A stretch of DNA of 60,545 nucleotides, filler included, from Catajapyx aquilonaris (taxonomy: Eukaryota): the NCBI GenBank assembly GCA_000934665.2. It is 2 parts of 2 records of this genome, joined end to end, with 100 filler letters (N's around TTAATTAATTAA, not from the genome) between each part and the next. Parts side by side here need not be neighbours in the genome. Positions count along the whole stretch, not along the records: positions 1 to 30,238 come from JYFJ02004677.1; 1 more part is not named here. The stretch is one strand, 5' to 3'. Below the pieces are notes generated by a model. The model was not told the origin of the DNA. It ran no database searches and was given only the letters and a program-made list of their open reading frames with translations. The position numbers and the translations under genes are program-made. Shown piece by piece: positions 1 to 12,479 of the stretch. Position 1 is the stretch's first letter, and each line of letters begins with the position of its first letter.

Positions 1-177
1 CCCACCCCTCTGGCCCAAGGGCCAGGACCATCTCCTGTGCCCGACCGTACAGAATACTTGGTTATTTTTTAGTACTAATGAAGCTCTTTGGAAACAAGCG
101 CCTCTTGGCCAGTCCTTGCAACTTACTACTCGTACTTACTCCCGGATAAAATGCGCAAGAAATTTTTACAATCTATT

Positions 178-360
178 GGGTATCACCCCCTTTGAGGGTG
201 TCCCTCTGTCACTTGTGTCACCCGGTGTGACGGTGCTATTAGTGTATTAGGTGATATAAAATTAGGAAATAATTTTTTAACAATCACTTGGGTGTCACCC
301 CCTTTGAGGGTGTCACCCGGTGCGGTCCGCACCCCCCGCACCTGCCTAGCGATGCCGCTG
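178..360. mobile_element. 3' end of a non-autonomous DNA transposon (hAT-like terminus)
   Basis: The subterminal motif GGGT(A/G)TCACCCCCTTTGAGGGTGTC occurs twice (~178, ~289). The segment ends in GCGATGCCGCTG, the reverse complement of a CAG(T/C)GGC-type terminus. The other end is not in the window. Confidence 0.4.
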
Positions 361-471
361 AAGGTACGAGTATTTCATTCCAAACTATGTATTTTCAGCG
401 AAGTTTCCTTTTGTAGTAATAAACAGGTTTATGCTGGGCTGGAATAAAATCATTTGATACAGTGGCTTCAC

Positions 472-1130
472 CTGCTCTGGCAGAGTTTCCTTTCGGCTTT
501 CGTAGGTGTCTTGCCATGCCTTCTGCTCACTCTCGGAATCATCATCGTCGTCGTCGTCGTCTTCATCATCATCGTCATCTTCATCATTGTCATCGTAATC
601 ATCTTCTTTCATAGAACGGAGGGTGCCAAAGCATCCCTAGAGAGACAGAGATGAGTTTGATAGATAGGATTTAGACAGATTTTGGTTGATTGATTGAATT
701 GGATTTTTTTGCACCACAACACACAGCAGTGACTACACTGCTCTCGACAAAATCTGAATGAAATTATGAAAAGTGAGAAAATGGTATGTGCCTTCTGAAC
801 AGGATGTTAGGTAATGCTAAGGCAAAGGCTGCAAGCAAAGCCCCGCACACTGCCTATCACATTCGCTTTTAGCCCGAAAATATAGACAGCAGACTACAAG
901 TAATGTGCCTTCCAAGTAAATTTTAGAATAAAAATGTGGCATCTTACCATCTGATGAAGTGTTTCAAAGTCCTTCATGTCTTCCACCACAACAGAACCAT
1001 TTTTCCATACAGCCCTGAAGGCAGGCCACTTGCTGTGACTGCCAGCTAATGGAACCGGGAGAGAATCATGGCAGTAGGAAAACTCAGGATTCCTTTTCAG
1101 CACCACTGCTGTTGGTTCAGGACACCACAT
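472..1130 (-). CDS. tRNA-splicing endonuclease subunit Sen2-like, 5' exons (partial; likely continues off the left edge)
   Basis: Exon 1130-948 ends in ATG|GTAAGA and splices in phase 0 to CTCTCTAG|GGA at 636. Product: ...SLPVPLAGSHSKWPAFRAVWKNGSVVVEDMKDFETLHQM|GCFGTLRS..., resembling the Sen2 N-terminal PLP...F...V.V...L..MG.FG pattern. The donor near 472 is tentative. Confidence 0.5.
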
Positions 1131-1864
1131 CTGAATCCATTCAGGGGGGAAGGGAAATCAAAAAAAGATTATTTTTATTATTTGGAAAGCATCTGCAAGT
1201 TGTATGAAAACAGGAAAACACTCTCAACTGATACTTTCCACCCTTAGCTTTATGCCTCATGAGCCACAGTGAGCATAAATCGTTGAGAGCAGAAAGTTTT
1301 TAATTGCGGACAGGAAGGCACAACATAATTATGGGATATTATTGTCTCAATTTTAAGCGAAAATACAATGTGTTAAAACGAGAACCACGTTTCCTACCAT
1401 ATTTTTGAAGGGCTGCGTCCGAATTTCAACATGGCCGACCTCAGGTGTACCAACCGAAACAAAATCGGCTGCATAAAGGTAATACTTTTTACAAATATAC
1501 AACAGCAAAAAGTTTAATATGTTATTAAAATATTACATATCATTAAATCAGCACAGACAAATCATGTATTATATGAAAAATAGGACTGCGCGGTTGCGCA
1601 TAAATAGCTACAATGTTCGTGGCGCCAAGTCTAAAATATAATTATGTGGTATCTATTAATCTTTTTAAAAATGCTTAGGATCAAGGGATTGTACAAAAAC
1701 AGATTCACTCTCCAGTTTTTATTAACACAGACTTTCAGGTTTGCACATGTAATTAGGTACAAGAGATGACAACTAATTGATCCTTCTGCAATGAAATATG
1801 AAGCTGATATGCTGCATTCATCCAAGCGCAGGTTACAAACACTGACCCACATGCCATGAGAAAT

Positions 1865-3929
1865 TTACAGCTCAGTTCGATCGGTAATCTCGAAGTAGTA
1901 GCCACACTCACAGCGGCGTGGCTCGCCCTTGTGGACCCACATCCAGTTGACGCAGATAGAATCCTCATGGCAGATGCAGCCTATGATCCTCTTGCCATAC
2001 AGAGATGGGACTTGAGTGGCTTGGTCTTTCTTCATGCCCTGACGTTTGATCAATATTAGGCCAAATGGGTCCTAAAAGGAGATAGTACACCATGTATGGC
2101 TATGAAGCTTAGTAAGTTCATAGGATACTGTGATTACATGATACATAATAAGCTGAATGACCTCTGATCCCAACATGAAGTCTTCTTCCATAAACATCAT
2201 ACCATTTCCCACAAAATGTTACATTGACCTAACCCAAACATTGAAAAATTAACCTAAATGTCATATTAAAACTCACATCATTCCCACCAGCCAAGGCCTT
2301 CAGCTCCTTCTTCTCCAGGCCAGTAGCATGTTCAATGGGATCATTCATCACTGCAAAAAATGATTGAGATAGTGTTTTGATATTGGTCTGAGAAGTGCAG
2401 GTCTACATACATACGTTGTGAATGCAATGTACTCATATCATGTAGAAAATTGTAAGTATACTGTTTCTTTCTGAATTTAACTCACATTCATCACTTTGGT
2501 ATAAACATTTGGGTAACTCGCCTCACTCATCTTGCCTTCAAATCTGACATAATATTATTACGTAGGATTTATAATATACTGGGTAAAACTGCTACACTTT
2601 CAGGCAACAGGCAAATTACTACAAGTACTGATTTTACATAAATTCTGAAAGACACAGGTTAATAATTTAAAATGTCATGGTAGATGACATCTTCCTCTAA
2701 GAAAATGTTGTATGTTGGGGAATAAAATTATGCAAGACCTGTTCCAAGCTGGTTCCAGCGGAACCCTGTACACCAGTTCCACAAAGTTGTTACTCCATTG
2801 ACTGATGGTACTCAGGGCAAGTATAGTCACAATATGTTAAGAGATAGCCAGCCCAGCATCAAATAAGATGCAGATGAAGGCAAAGCTGTAGATTCTTTGA
2901 ATGTGGGAAACACTATTTATAAATGCAAAGCAGTGCAGCAATGCACAATCCAGTCAATAACTGCTCAACACAAATGTCAATGTGTCAAATAATATTATGT
3001 GGTATGTGTCACAAGCAAAGATAATTATGTGATTTAAAAATGAAAATTTTTACAGATTGAGGATGCACTTATCCAAATGATAGGAGAGAAAATCAAGTAA
3101 CTTATGACAAAAAGTGAAAATTGGTGACAGATGACCTGTTAAAAATAACTGGTCACTTTTCCTCTTTTCCTTGCCATTTTAATGAGCCACATTGAAAGTT
3201 TAAAAATTAATCTGCCAATAACAGCATTTTTAAAGACAACTCTTTGATGTACTGGGTCAAATGACCATTATAAGAAGCCTTTACATCATATTCCAAAATA
3301 TTATGCCAGAGGATTAAACTTTCTGGCTATATGGATGAACTCCTAGATCCACAGCAGATTTCCATAAATAAAAATTTCGCTTATGACATGACAGTTATGC
3401 AATCACTATATGTATACATTGCAATGAATGACAGAACATTATTATGATACGTGAACAAATATTTAGCATTTCTGGAGGTAATATATGCACTCGAGGCACC
3501 CCAAGACAAGTTTGTGGACATTGCTGTTGTGGAAGCCACCTTGATATATCCCTGATCTCACTGTCTCTTCTGCCACAGCTTTTTCAGAGAACTACAGTGG
3601 TGGTCATCATTGGTACAAGGCAGAGATGAAGACCCCCCCAGCTATCCATCAATGGTGTTTAAATAAATCCATCCCATCCCTAGTGCACCTAATCAATTGA
3701 CCATCCTGCATCAGCCAGCATTAAATCGGCTAAGGTGTCCATAAAACGACTCACTCCAGATGACCTTCTCCTTCTTCTTCTTATCCTTCTTCTTCTGCTG
3801 GAGAGCGGCTGAGGAATGGAGGCCCTGTTGTCCTTTAGTCCGACCGAACATCAGGAGGCAGCGAGCAGCCGCTGTGGTGTAGGATCCGGATGCAGGGCGT
3901 ACCAAGTTCCTCAAGAGGTAGCTGGCCAT
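1865..3929 (-). CDS. COX5B: cytochrome c oxidase subunit 5B (mitochondrial precursor)
   Basis: Three GT-AG exons: 3929-3755, 2350-2277, 2071-1865. Arg-rich transit peptide, then DPIEHATGLEKKEL...GND|DPF...RIIGCIC...WMWVHKGEPRRCECGYYF, which includes the Zn-binding Cys motifs. Confidence 0.93.
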
Positions 3930-4942
3930 GACCACAAGGGGAGACGAGAGACGACAACAGGACAGATTGGAACAGGAGTGGGGCCGGGGATGGAGGGCGG
4001 CGATGGTGTTCGGCAAGGACCAGAACCGGCGGAAGAAGCTAAAGAAGCGTCACTCGTCCCCCGGCCTTGTTGACACCACTGCGACAGTGGCGCCAACAGC
4101 GACGACGAGTGTGGTTCAAAGGAGACTGTGGCGACATCTGTGTACGTACCACAGCCTGCATGTCGTTTACTCTGGCGGTCACTTTTGAACCGTAAAATAT
4201 GCGATTATCTTTGGTAAGTTATAGCTTCTGTTCTGGGAGACGCAATGTCGGTACCCTCAGCATTTCTCATTACTTTGCTGGAAGATACAAGTACCCTCTG
4301 CTGGTATGTCCAGTTTGGGATTGAAGTGGTTGTTTCTTGATTTGCTGTTACCACGATTACGTACCATAAGTAAGCAGCAAATAACAGGCCTGCTGAACAT
4401 CTACTGGAGTACTGGTTCCTGCTTACAGAGCGTGGAGCATACTATTATTTTCTTGTGTGGTTTCAGGAATACTATTCTAGCCTATTCGGTGACAGGTATG
4501 CCCATACAGAAGGATGAAAACCCTACTGCAACTGCTTTGACTTTCATAATTATGTAGCCTACATCATGATTGGATGAAAGGGAACTCAGGACACAAACAC
4601 AAAGTTCAATAAAATTATTGTGGCATTGGATCCACTGGATGTGGCTGGAAAGAAAATTAGTAGCCTACATACCGCAGTAAGAAATAAATAGACATAGGAT
4701 GGACATTTCGCAGCTTTCATTACACAAAAGGTGTGAAGTTCCAAAGCTCTTTGCCTACCTAGGTGATCCTGGAAGAATCAGGGGATGTATGTACTCATAT
4801 ACTGTTCCTTTTTACGAAGTTGCCTTCATAAAACAGCCCATTATGGTCTTGAAGAAGTATCAGTGAGAGAGAAAGAAATAAGAACGTTATTATTATTAAT
4901 AACAACATGGTCAAACCAGAAGAAGTTTAAAAAATTTTGACG

Positions 4943-4978
4943 TAGGAAAAGACCTAGGAAAAGACCTAGGAAAAGACC
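4943..4978 (+). repeat. 12-bp tandem repeat (TAGGAAAAGACC)x3
   Basis: Three perfect adjacent copies are visible. Confidence 0.9.
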
Positions 4979-5957
4979 TCATATTAATATAACATTACGG
5001 TATAGGGCCTACTAATGTCGTAGGGTTTGGGACTAATGGATGCAGGAGCTAAAACGTAGGACGCATGTGCTAGAAGAAAAATACATATAAGCAACACATC
5101 GTTATCTGCTGTAAATGTTTATTTATATAAGTTTAGTCTGTGTACTGTACGTACTCTTTCACTTGGTGGTTGAGCGGATCGTACAAGAGCTTCTTATAAT
5201 CTATCGACCACCATCGAGACAAATTTGCGTCTGAGGTACAGTATACGATTGCATAAATTTCTCTTCAGTCAAGTCATTTTAGAATAAAAAGAAAGTATTC
5301 AGAAAACTATGTACCGTATTTCATTGAGCAGAAAAAGTAATTGTCATAAAGTACTTAATAAACATTTAAACATGCCTTCAGCCTTCAAGCAACTATAACA
5401 CGATTGTATCCCACAAAGTAATTTTCCCCATTAGAATATTTCCCTACATACCATTATTCCATGCATCAATTAATTTTCGTAGGTCTTCCGAAGTATTTTC
5501 CGAGTTTTTGTCGTGTTCACCGGACACGGCTTAAAATATCGTGATTTGGTACGCATGAAGAGCATTTCCGGCATGATGAAGTAGAAGCGTGAAAATTACA
5601 TGCTTGCCTATTTGTCCTCTTTACACATACCCAGAAAGAGACGCGTCAGGTTTTTTCCCCCGTGACCTTAATACGTCACAGGCTCAAATACATGCGAAGA
5701 GCCCTTCAGAGGCCTCTGCTTATCAGTTGGCGATTAGACAAGGACGTGTGTCGGTCATTCATACTCTTCGTGAGTCCTATTTTGTTTTTCTTTTAAATAA
5801 TATACTGAATATTTGACATTTGTGGATATAACCTGTTGTTACCAATATATTGGAGGCAGTGGGTAAGTTGGTAGAAAGTTATTATTAATAGTTTTATCGC
5901 TATAGGGAAGTCCTTTTATGTCTTGTCACGAGCTTCTGTTAATAAATAGAATAGTAA

Positions 5958-6113
5958 TTTTTACTGGTTGAATACAAAAAAGTGGTACTTCGTGGAAAAT
6001 GATTTTTTTCGCTGCCTTTGCAAATAAGCAACCCCCTGCTTATTTGCAAAGGGGGAGAAAAAAAAATCATTTTCCACGAAGTACCACTTTTTTGTATTCT
6101 ACACCAGTAAAAA
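5958..6113. mobile_element. fold-back/MITE-like inverted repeat
   Basis: Left arm TTTTTACTGG...AAAAAAGTGGTACTTCGTGGAAAATGA...CTTTGCAAATAAGCA is mirrored by TGCTTATTTGCAAAG...TCATTTTCCACGAAGTACCACTTTTTT...CCAGTAAAAA. Confidence 0.8.
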
Positions 6114-6248
6114 AAGTTAAGGTTCATAAATGTAGGTCGTTGTTGTTTTTCTGCAGCAGTAGCAATTAATTAATTGTGGGAAAACTTTTCCTTTAAGTAT
6201 TTATTGTTCGTTCCAGTTGTCAGACATCGTTTCAACCCACATTTGACC

Positions 6249-6680
6249 ATGGTTCAAATCCGGATCTTCTTGCTGGTGTGCATTGCCACACTACCAATGG
6301 TCTTTGGAATCGTCTGCAGGGAAGACCACTGCAAAGGAGTGGACTGCACTGAAAATTTAGAATGCGGGCCAGATGAAATTTTGGATCCCAAGGGAACATT
6401 TTGCGGATGCTGTCCAGCTTGCATTAGAATTCTGGGTAAATACATCGCTTCTGCTGGCATTCCTCCGGATCGGACTTATAGCAGCATTTAAAAAAAAATG
6501 TTAGTGTGAAAGTAAGACAGTCAGTAATTAGTCACTTATATTGCAGGTGAAGACGAAGACTGCGCTCATGTCTTCATCCGTGGAGTTCCGCCGAAATCAA
6601 GATGCCATGATGATTTTATATGTCATCCGGACACCCATAAGTGTGTCACAAAGGAGATATTCATTTCCCAAAACGAGTGA
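6249..6680 (+). CDS. small secreted Cys-rich protein, fungal protease inhibitor-1 / single-IGFBP-domain-like
   Basis: Exons 6249-6435 and 6547-6680 (GT-AG, phase 1). Signal peptide MVQIRIFLLVCIATLPMVFG, then IVCREDHCKGVDC...FCGCCPACIRILGEDEDC...PPKSRCHDDFICHPDTHKC. AATAAA lies ~12 nt after the stop. Confidence 0.8.
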
Positions 6681-7439
6681 ACACTTACTACAAATAAATC
6701 GGTGATTCATTGAAGAAGTACTTAATATAATCAGAAAGGGTAACCGTATTGTGAGCTTATAATGCATACAGAGGCTTGATTGGTCAAGATAGAGTTTCTC
6801 GAAGTAAGTGATTGCATGGTATACATGCTGGCAGGTAAAGTTATAGGATGATGAGACCTTACAAGCCTAGCTCTCCTCAAAACACACATCTCGACATATC
6901 TGATGTAATAACATGCTCCTGCCCCTCAAGTGTTACTGCTGGGCCCATTATGTCGACAATTTATCAAAATGTATCTAAATAAAATTGTTTTACGAGTGTA
7001 ATGTAATACAGGATAATATCTACACCATTTTTGAAATCCCCTATGAGTCTTTTTGCCGGCTTGTCCATCTTGAAAGATTCAACACAATAATTTGGAACAT
7101 TTAAGACACGACCTGGCAGGTTTAGGTGGTATCAATCTCATGAATACAAAGGGATAACTTTTTTCTTTAGATGACTCTTCCATGACTCTTGGGTCTTACT
7201 TTGACGTCATTACGAACATTAATATATTCCTATTCCACTTGTTTGCTGATTTATCTAGTTTCAAGAAACCACATGCTGTGCGTATAGTCTATTATCACAA
7301 CAGTTTTGCATTTGACCTTTGCTCTGCCTGATAAATGCGCATCAGGGATAGATAACATATCAAAATCATTATGCAACTGAAGCAATACTAGGTATACTTC
7401 AAGCCACTGAGAACAGAGACGTAATCATAGTTGAAAAAG

Positions 7440-10344
7440 ATGGAAGCAAAATCCCCGTTTTCACCAGAAAAATTACGACCTGTGCCAAATGTTCCCATGC
7501 ATGAGTATGTGTTGGAAAAAATACGGCAGAAGCTTGAAGAAAGCGGAGATCAAATATTTGTGGTGAGTATAGATTTTACTAGTAAATGTATCGGCGAGTA
7601 TATCAAACATCACTTTAAAAATTATTATTATTAATGTCATTGGTTGCACTGCCCCATGATGCATTGATGAGAATAAAAATAATTGCATTTTAATATTTAC
7701 AGCGTGACGTTTTCACTGGTGAAACTGTCATGTATTCCGAAGTCGAACCTCTGTCAAGAAAACTTGCGTGTGCTTTAGCCAAGATGGGTTTCAAGAAGCA
7801 TGACGTCTGCCTGATGGTCACTCGTAATCATGCACGTGTCTTCATTTGCTTTCTGGCCATCATGAGACTCAATGGCACAATCTTCCAGTGCTATCCAGAG
7901 GATCACTCGGGTATTGCACAAAATAACCAATGAAATGAAAAGCAATGTTCATATCCCGATTTTGTACTTGCAGGAACCATAGCAAATCGATTGCAATTAT
8001 GCAAATCTAAATTTGTGTTTTGCGACTCTGAATCAGCACCTGAAGTTCTGAAGTCGACCAATTTAGTGGACTGGCCTGTCAATGCCATTTCGATGGATTC
8101 TGCGGCAGGATGTATGACACTAAGCGAACTTTTTTTTAATGATGGAGAAGGTAAATGTTATAGGTTATTGCACAGTGCTATTATTATAATAATATTTTAA
8201 TTATTAGATCTGCCGGTCGTATCATTTGATGTACACAAAGACGCAGCTGTGATATTTTGCACAAGCGGTACTACTGGCTTGAGCAAAGGCGCTGTTATTT
8301 CTAATCACTCGTGTCTTTTTGCTATTCTGCAAGATGGGTAATGGCAACATGTTGCGAAAATTACAATGCATAAATTTATGGTGTTGATATTCATTTTAGG
8401 TTGTTCAGCCGAAATAAGGGCTGTGTGTTCATATCTGGCAAACCATTCCACGTCAGTGGCTTTACATGGGTATTCGGACAAACTATACGTCACTGTACCA
8501 CACTGACGGCTTCCAAGCTGACGGCCGAATTATTTTTCAGCACGATTGACACACATAAGGTACAGTTGTGCATATTTTATTGAACAACTGCAGTCCATTA
8601 GGGTATGTATTACACATAGTCGCCAATAATAATAACACTTTTAATGTACCCACATAATATATAGCCCAGGACCATATTCAGTTTTCCAACATATCTGGGG
8701 TGGATAATTAGTGACCCTTCATCCAAGAAGTATGACTTCTCGAGTGTGACTTTTGTCATAACAGGTGGAGCACCAACGTTCAGTTCTAACGCAAAAGCCC
8801 TTAAAGAATCTTTCCCAAACATGCGAGTTTTAAATAAGGTAAAGTGACGAATAGTAATGTTATTCAAAAATATTTACAAAAGTAATTACCGTTTGACAGT
8901 GAAATTTTGTTTTAATAATTTCCCACAAAAATCAGCATACAATCATATTTCCTCAGCTATCATTGGACACAAACCACACGTAGGTCGAAGCATTTTTAGG
9001 ACCATTTTCCAAAATGTGGCTGTCATATTACACTTCTTAGACGCCAACCGGTACTTACTTTTGGAATCTTTGTAATGCAGTATTTGAAGGTAGCTTCTCT
9101 TCTTGTTTACCTCACTTCAACCGCAACTTGCAGGTTTATGGGATGTCGGAAAATCTATGTCTCACTAGCACATGTGACCTTAATTCTCTGGAAACGGATG
9201 ATTACGTCACATACAAGGGTACGTGTATTTCCTAATGTTAGAAATATGTATTAGTACTGATAAAATTGAATTAATTGTTTTATTTGCAGATTCCGAAAGT
9301 GAAGGATATCTCCTTCCATATGCAACCGGAAGGGTACGTTATTTTTTCATGTTGAGGTGTATATGAATATATAATTACTGGAGCCATCATTGTAATCATT
9401 ATCAGCATTAACTTTAATGTTCATGTCACACAAACCGCCATAGATTTCCTACTTCTTTAATGTAGTAAGAATGTATAAACTTACGTTACAGGTTATCGAT
9501 ATCACAACAGGAGAACGTCAAGAATGTAATAAGCCGGGTGAAATTTTCCTGAAATCTCCGACAACGATGTTGGAATATATTGGAAACCCACAGGTATGCA
9601 TTCGTCAAAAATAGTTTAGGCTACTAATCGCGGGGTGAGAATTACAAGGTTGTAACTACTACATGTAGGCCTAATATCTTTTGACCGCAGGAAACGAAGG
9701 AAGTTCTCCAAGATGGTTGGCTTAAAACTGGAGATTATGGATACTTCGATGAAAACGGTGGAATTTACATATTATCCCGCCTGAAGGAAGTGTTTAAATA
9801 TTGGAATAATCATGCAAGTATATTAGGCTTAACCAAGTAAGGTGACAGATATTGTCACTTTATATTCATTTCTGAAAACCCGTCACAATCAGTTTCTGCC
9901 ATAAGGAGATCAACATTGGTGAATATGTTTCAGGTATCTCCATTGGAGCTTGAGGGAGTGATTTTACATCATTCGAGCGTGTTGGAAGTCTGCGTCATTG
10001 GAGTTAAGGATCCTGAAGGAGGAGGTGATATACCAAGGGCTGTGGTTGTCCTAAAGCCTGGCCATAATGAAGTCGAATGTGAGAAAACAATAAAGAAGTT
10101 TGTAGCAGGTACTATATATTTCTTAAAAATAATTCAGATATAATTATGACCAAACCAAAATGCAAGAAATTTATTTTTAAATGGCTTCATGAATTAGCAA
10201 ATAGTTACTTGCCTTTTTAAATATGCAGATCGTATGGAGAACTACAAACAACTAAGAGGAGGCATAATTTTTGTCAACGAGTTGCCACGAGGAAACACAG
10301 GGAAAATGCTGCGAAATCAAGTTCTGAAACAGTTCTCTGCGTGA
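7440..10344 (+). CDS. luciferase-like / 4-coumarate-CoA-ligase-like acyl-CoA synthetase (ANL superfamily), copy 1, 538 aa
   Basis: 12 in-phase exons: 7440-7562, 7703-7910, 7974-8150, 8208-8337, 8400-8559, 8665-8838, 9134-9218, 9290-9333, 9492-9593, 9691-9813, 9934-10108, 10229-10344. Motifs TSGTTGLSKG, GGAP, YGMSE, GWLKTGDYG, SPLELE and LPRGNTGK. Confidence 0.92.
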
Positions 10345-10992
10345 ATGTTTTGCACCCCAGTTCAGTTATCTGACTGCAGAGATCTTATACCGTGATACTG
10401 CCTCCCGACGAAGGAAATCAAGCATAATGATAATCACTTATTACTGTAGTTTAACATTTTTTTCCGTCAGTTGAATATTTACATAATCTACTGTATTAGG
10501 GTGTAGCAACCAGACCAAGTGATTCTGCAATTTTCAGCAAGCTGACTTACACAGTGTCTGGATTTTCTGTCATACTGTATGCGTGTATTGTCAATCTTAT
10601 TGTTGTTGTAGCTGCCTTACTGATCTGGGGCCATATTGTTGGATACTGGTTGTAATAATTGTGCAGAATTAATAAACTGCAATTAAGGAACATTCTGCAT
10701 GAAAATAACAATTTCTTAATTCTCGAAACGCATTTGAAAGCTATAGGCATTTATTGGTACAGCGCACTAATTTGTGGTAAGTACCGGTTTTGTACATAGC
10801 TACATATTATTAAGTTATGTGCCTTATTTTCGTCCGCACAATCATGTTGTCACTATACGAGTACTTTTCATATTACTTGTGTACAGATTTAACAAAAATC
10901 GCACACCTGCTGAGTGGTGCTTTACCTGTTTGTATATAGGTGTATTCAACCAATACGTAACATAATCAAAGGCTGAGAAATGCGTGATCATA

Positions 10993-11454
10993 ATGGTGCT
11001 GTCACCAGGGGGCTGAGGGCATGTGCATGGTGAGGAGTGGTTGAAGACCAGCACATGAGAAATTTGCTGTCAGTGCTGTGGGCAGCCATAAACAGACTAT
11101 TGACATCGTGGGTATATGTGTACCTCTGTGGTCGTAAGTAGAGACAATTTTTGGGGAAGTCGAGATCCACCCCTACACCCTGAGCCTGACTTAAACTACT
11201 ATATGATAGATATATTAGGACTTGAGGATGACCTGCAGCATGCTCAGGCTGAATTGCCTTGTGATAAGTATGATAACATCCGAGATATACTTTCTTTTAT
11301 GATGTTACATTCTTATGTAACAACTGTATCTGAACTGTATCTACCTGAATGGGTGGACCTGCTCAGGGTCTTATCTATAAGACATGTCGTTGAGGATGGG
11401 AGGTGGAACTATGCATGTGATGAGATGCATCTTGACTGCCACAAATATTGTTAA
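10993..11454 (+). pseudogene. decayed intronless ORF of unknown family
   Basis: ATG 10993 is in frame with the open 112-aa ORF 11116-11454. The upstream 41 codons contain 3 TGA and 1 TAA, plus a CCQCC motif. Confidence 0.4.
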
Positions 11455-12479
11455 GAAGATTAACAGTATTCTAGTGTTATCGTCACATTTTTTGTGCATA
11501 ATATATTATGAAAACAAGAAAGAAAATTTATATAAGAACGATGTAGTCACTGAAAACATTGTCCATCAGTTGAACTGTCTAAAGTCACAACTTAACGAGG
11601 TCATATTTTAATAATTATATTCTCGACGTGGATAAAATAATATCGAGAAGAGATTACAAGAAAAGAAACATAATATATTGACACTGGCAACTAGCCAACT
11701 ACTCAAGAAATAAGAAATGGTGGAAGGCGTTTTCTTTCGTGACATGCATATAATAAGTGCTTTGTCGATCACAATATATAGCCTATACCAGAGAGCGGAA
11801 GGCTGAAATGCGTAGTGATGAACAATGGAGTTTTTCTGGCTTCACTCACTAAATGATTCATTAATGAATGAGCATGTTTGGAGCATCAAATGTGAGACAA
11901 CACAATCATGATCACTTATATAGCTTGAGCACCGGATGGAAAATGAGTATCGAAAGTATCTGAAATAAGCAATTAAATTAGCAATGATTACTCAGCACAC
12001 CTGTTTTTAAAAATTTCTCATTGGGGACTCAGGTGTTAATTATCTTGATACATTTATTTGATATCATTATACAAAATAAATTAAGGTTTATGAAAACTTT
12101 GTTACTTTTTTGCCAACTCCGTGCTTATGACTGCCAGCATGTGCTTCCGGCATGTCGCTGCAGAATGAAAAATTATGTATACAGTACGTATCTGTGTCTG
12201 ACAATCCAACATATAGCCTATATTATGTTGTGGCAGCATTGCTGCATAACTCGGGAACATTCTAAAAAAAATCTGTGTCCTGTATAAGTGAAGCATTTTC
12301 CTTGAGGGTGATAGAGTATAACTAAGATAATCATCTCAACATCCAGATAAATAATTATCACTAGCGAGTAGCGATAGCTTACTTCTGTATATAAGACTAT
12401 ATAGTTCAGGAATATTATGCAATGGATGGCACTTGCTCTATACTTAGGTAAGTGAGAAGTGAGAAGACATCGCAGGAAA

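Noticed and set aside
454..654. Hydrophobic 66-aa plus-strand ORF resembling a membrane protein
   Set aside because: It is the antisense shadow of the Asp/Glu codon tract in the Sen2-like exon.
3816..4188. Plus-strand ORFs over the COX5B first exon, and a GTAAGT donor at ~4213
   Set aside because: They are GC-rich antisense shadows, and I could not build a coding model. A divergent non-coding transcript cannot be excluded.
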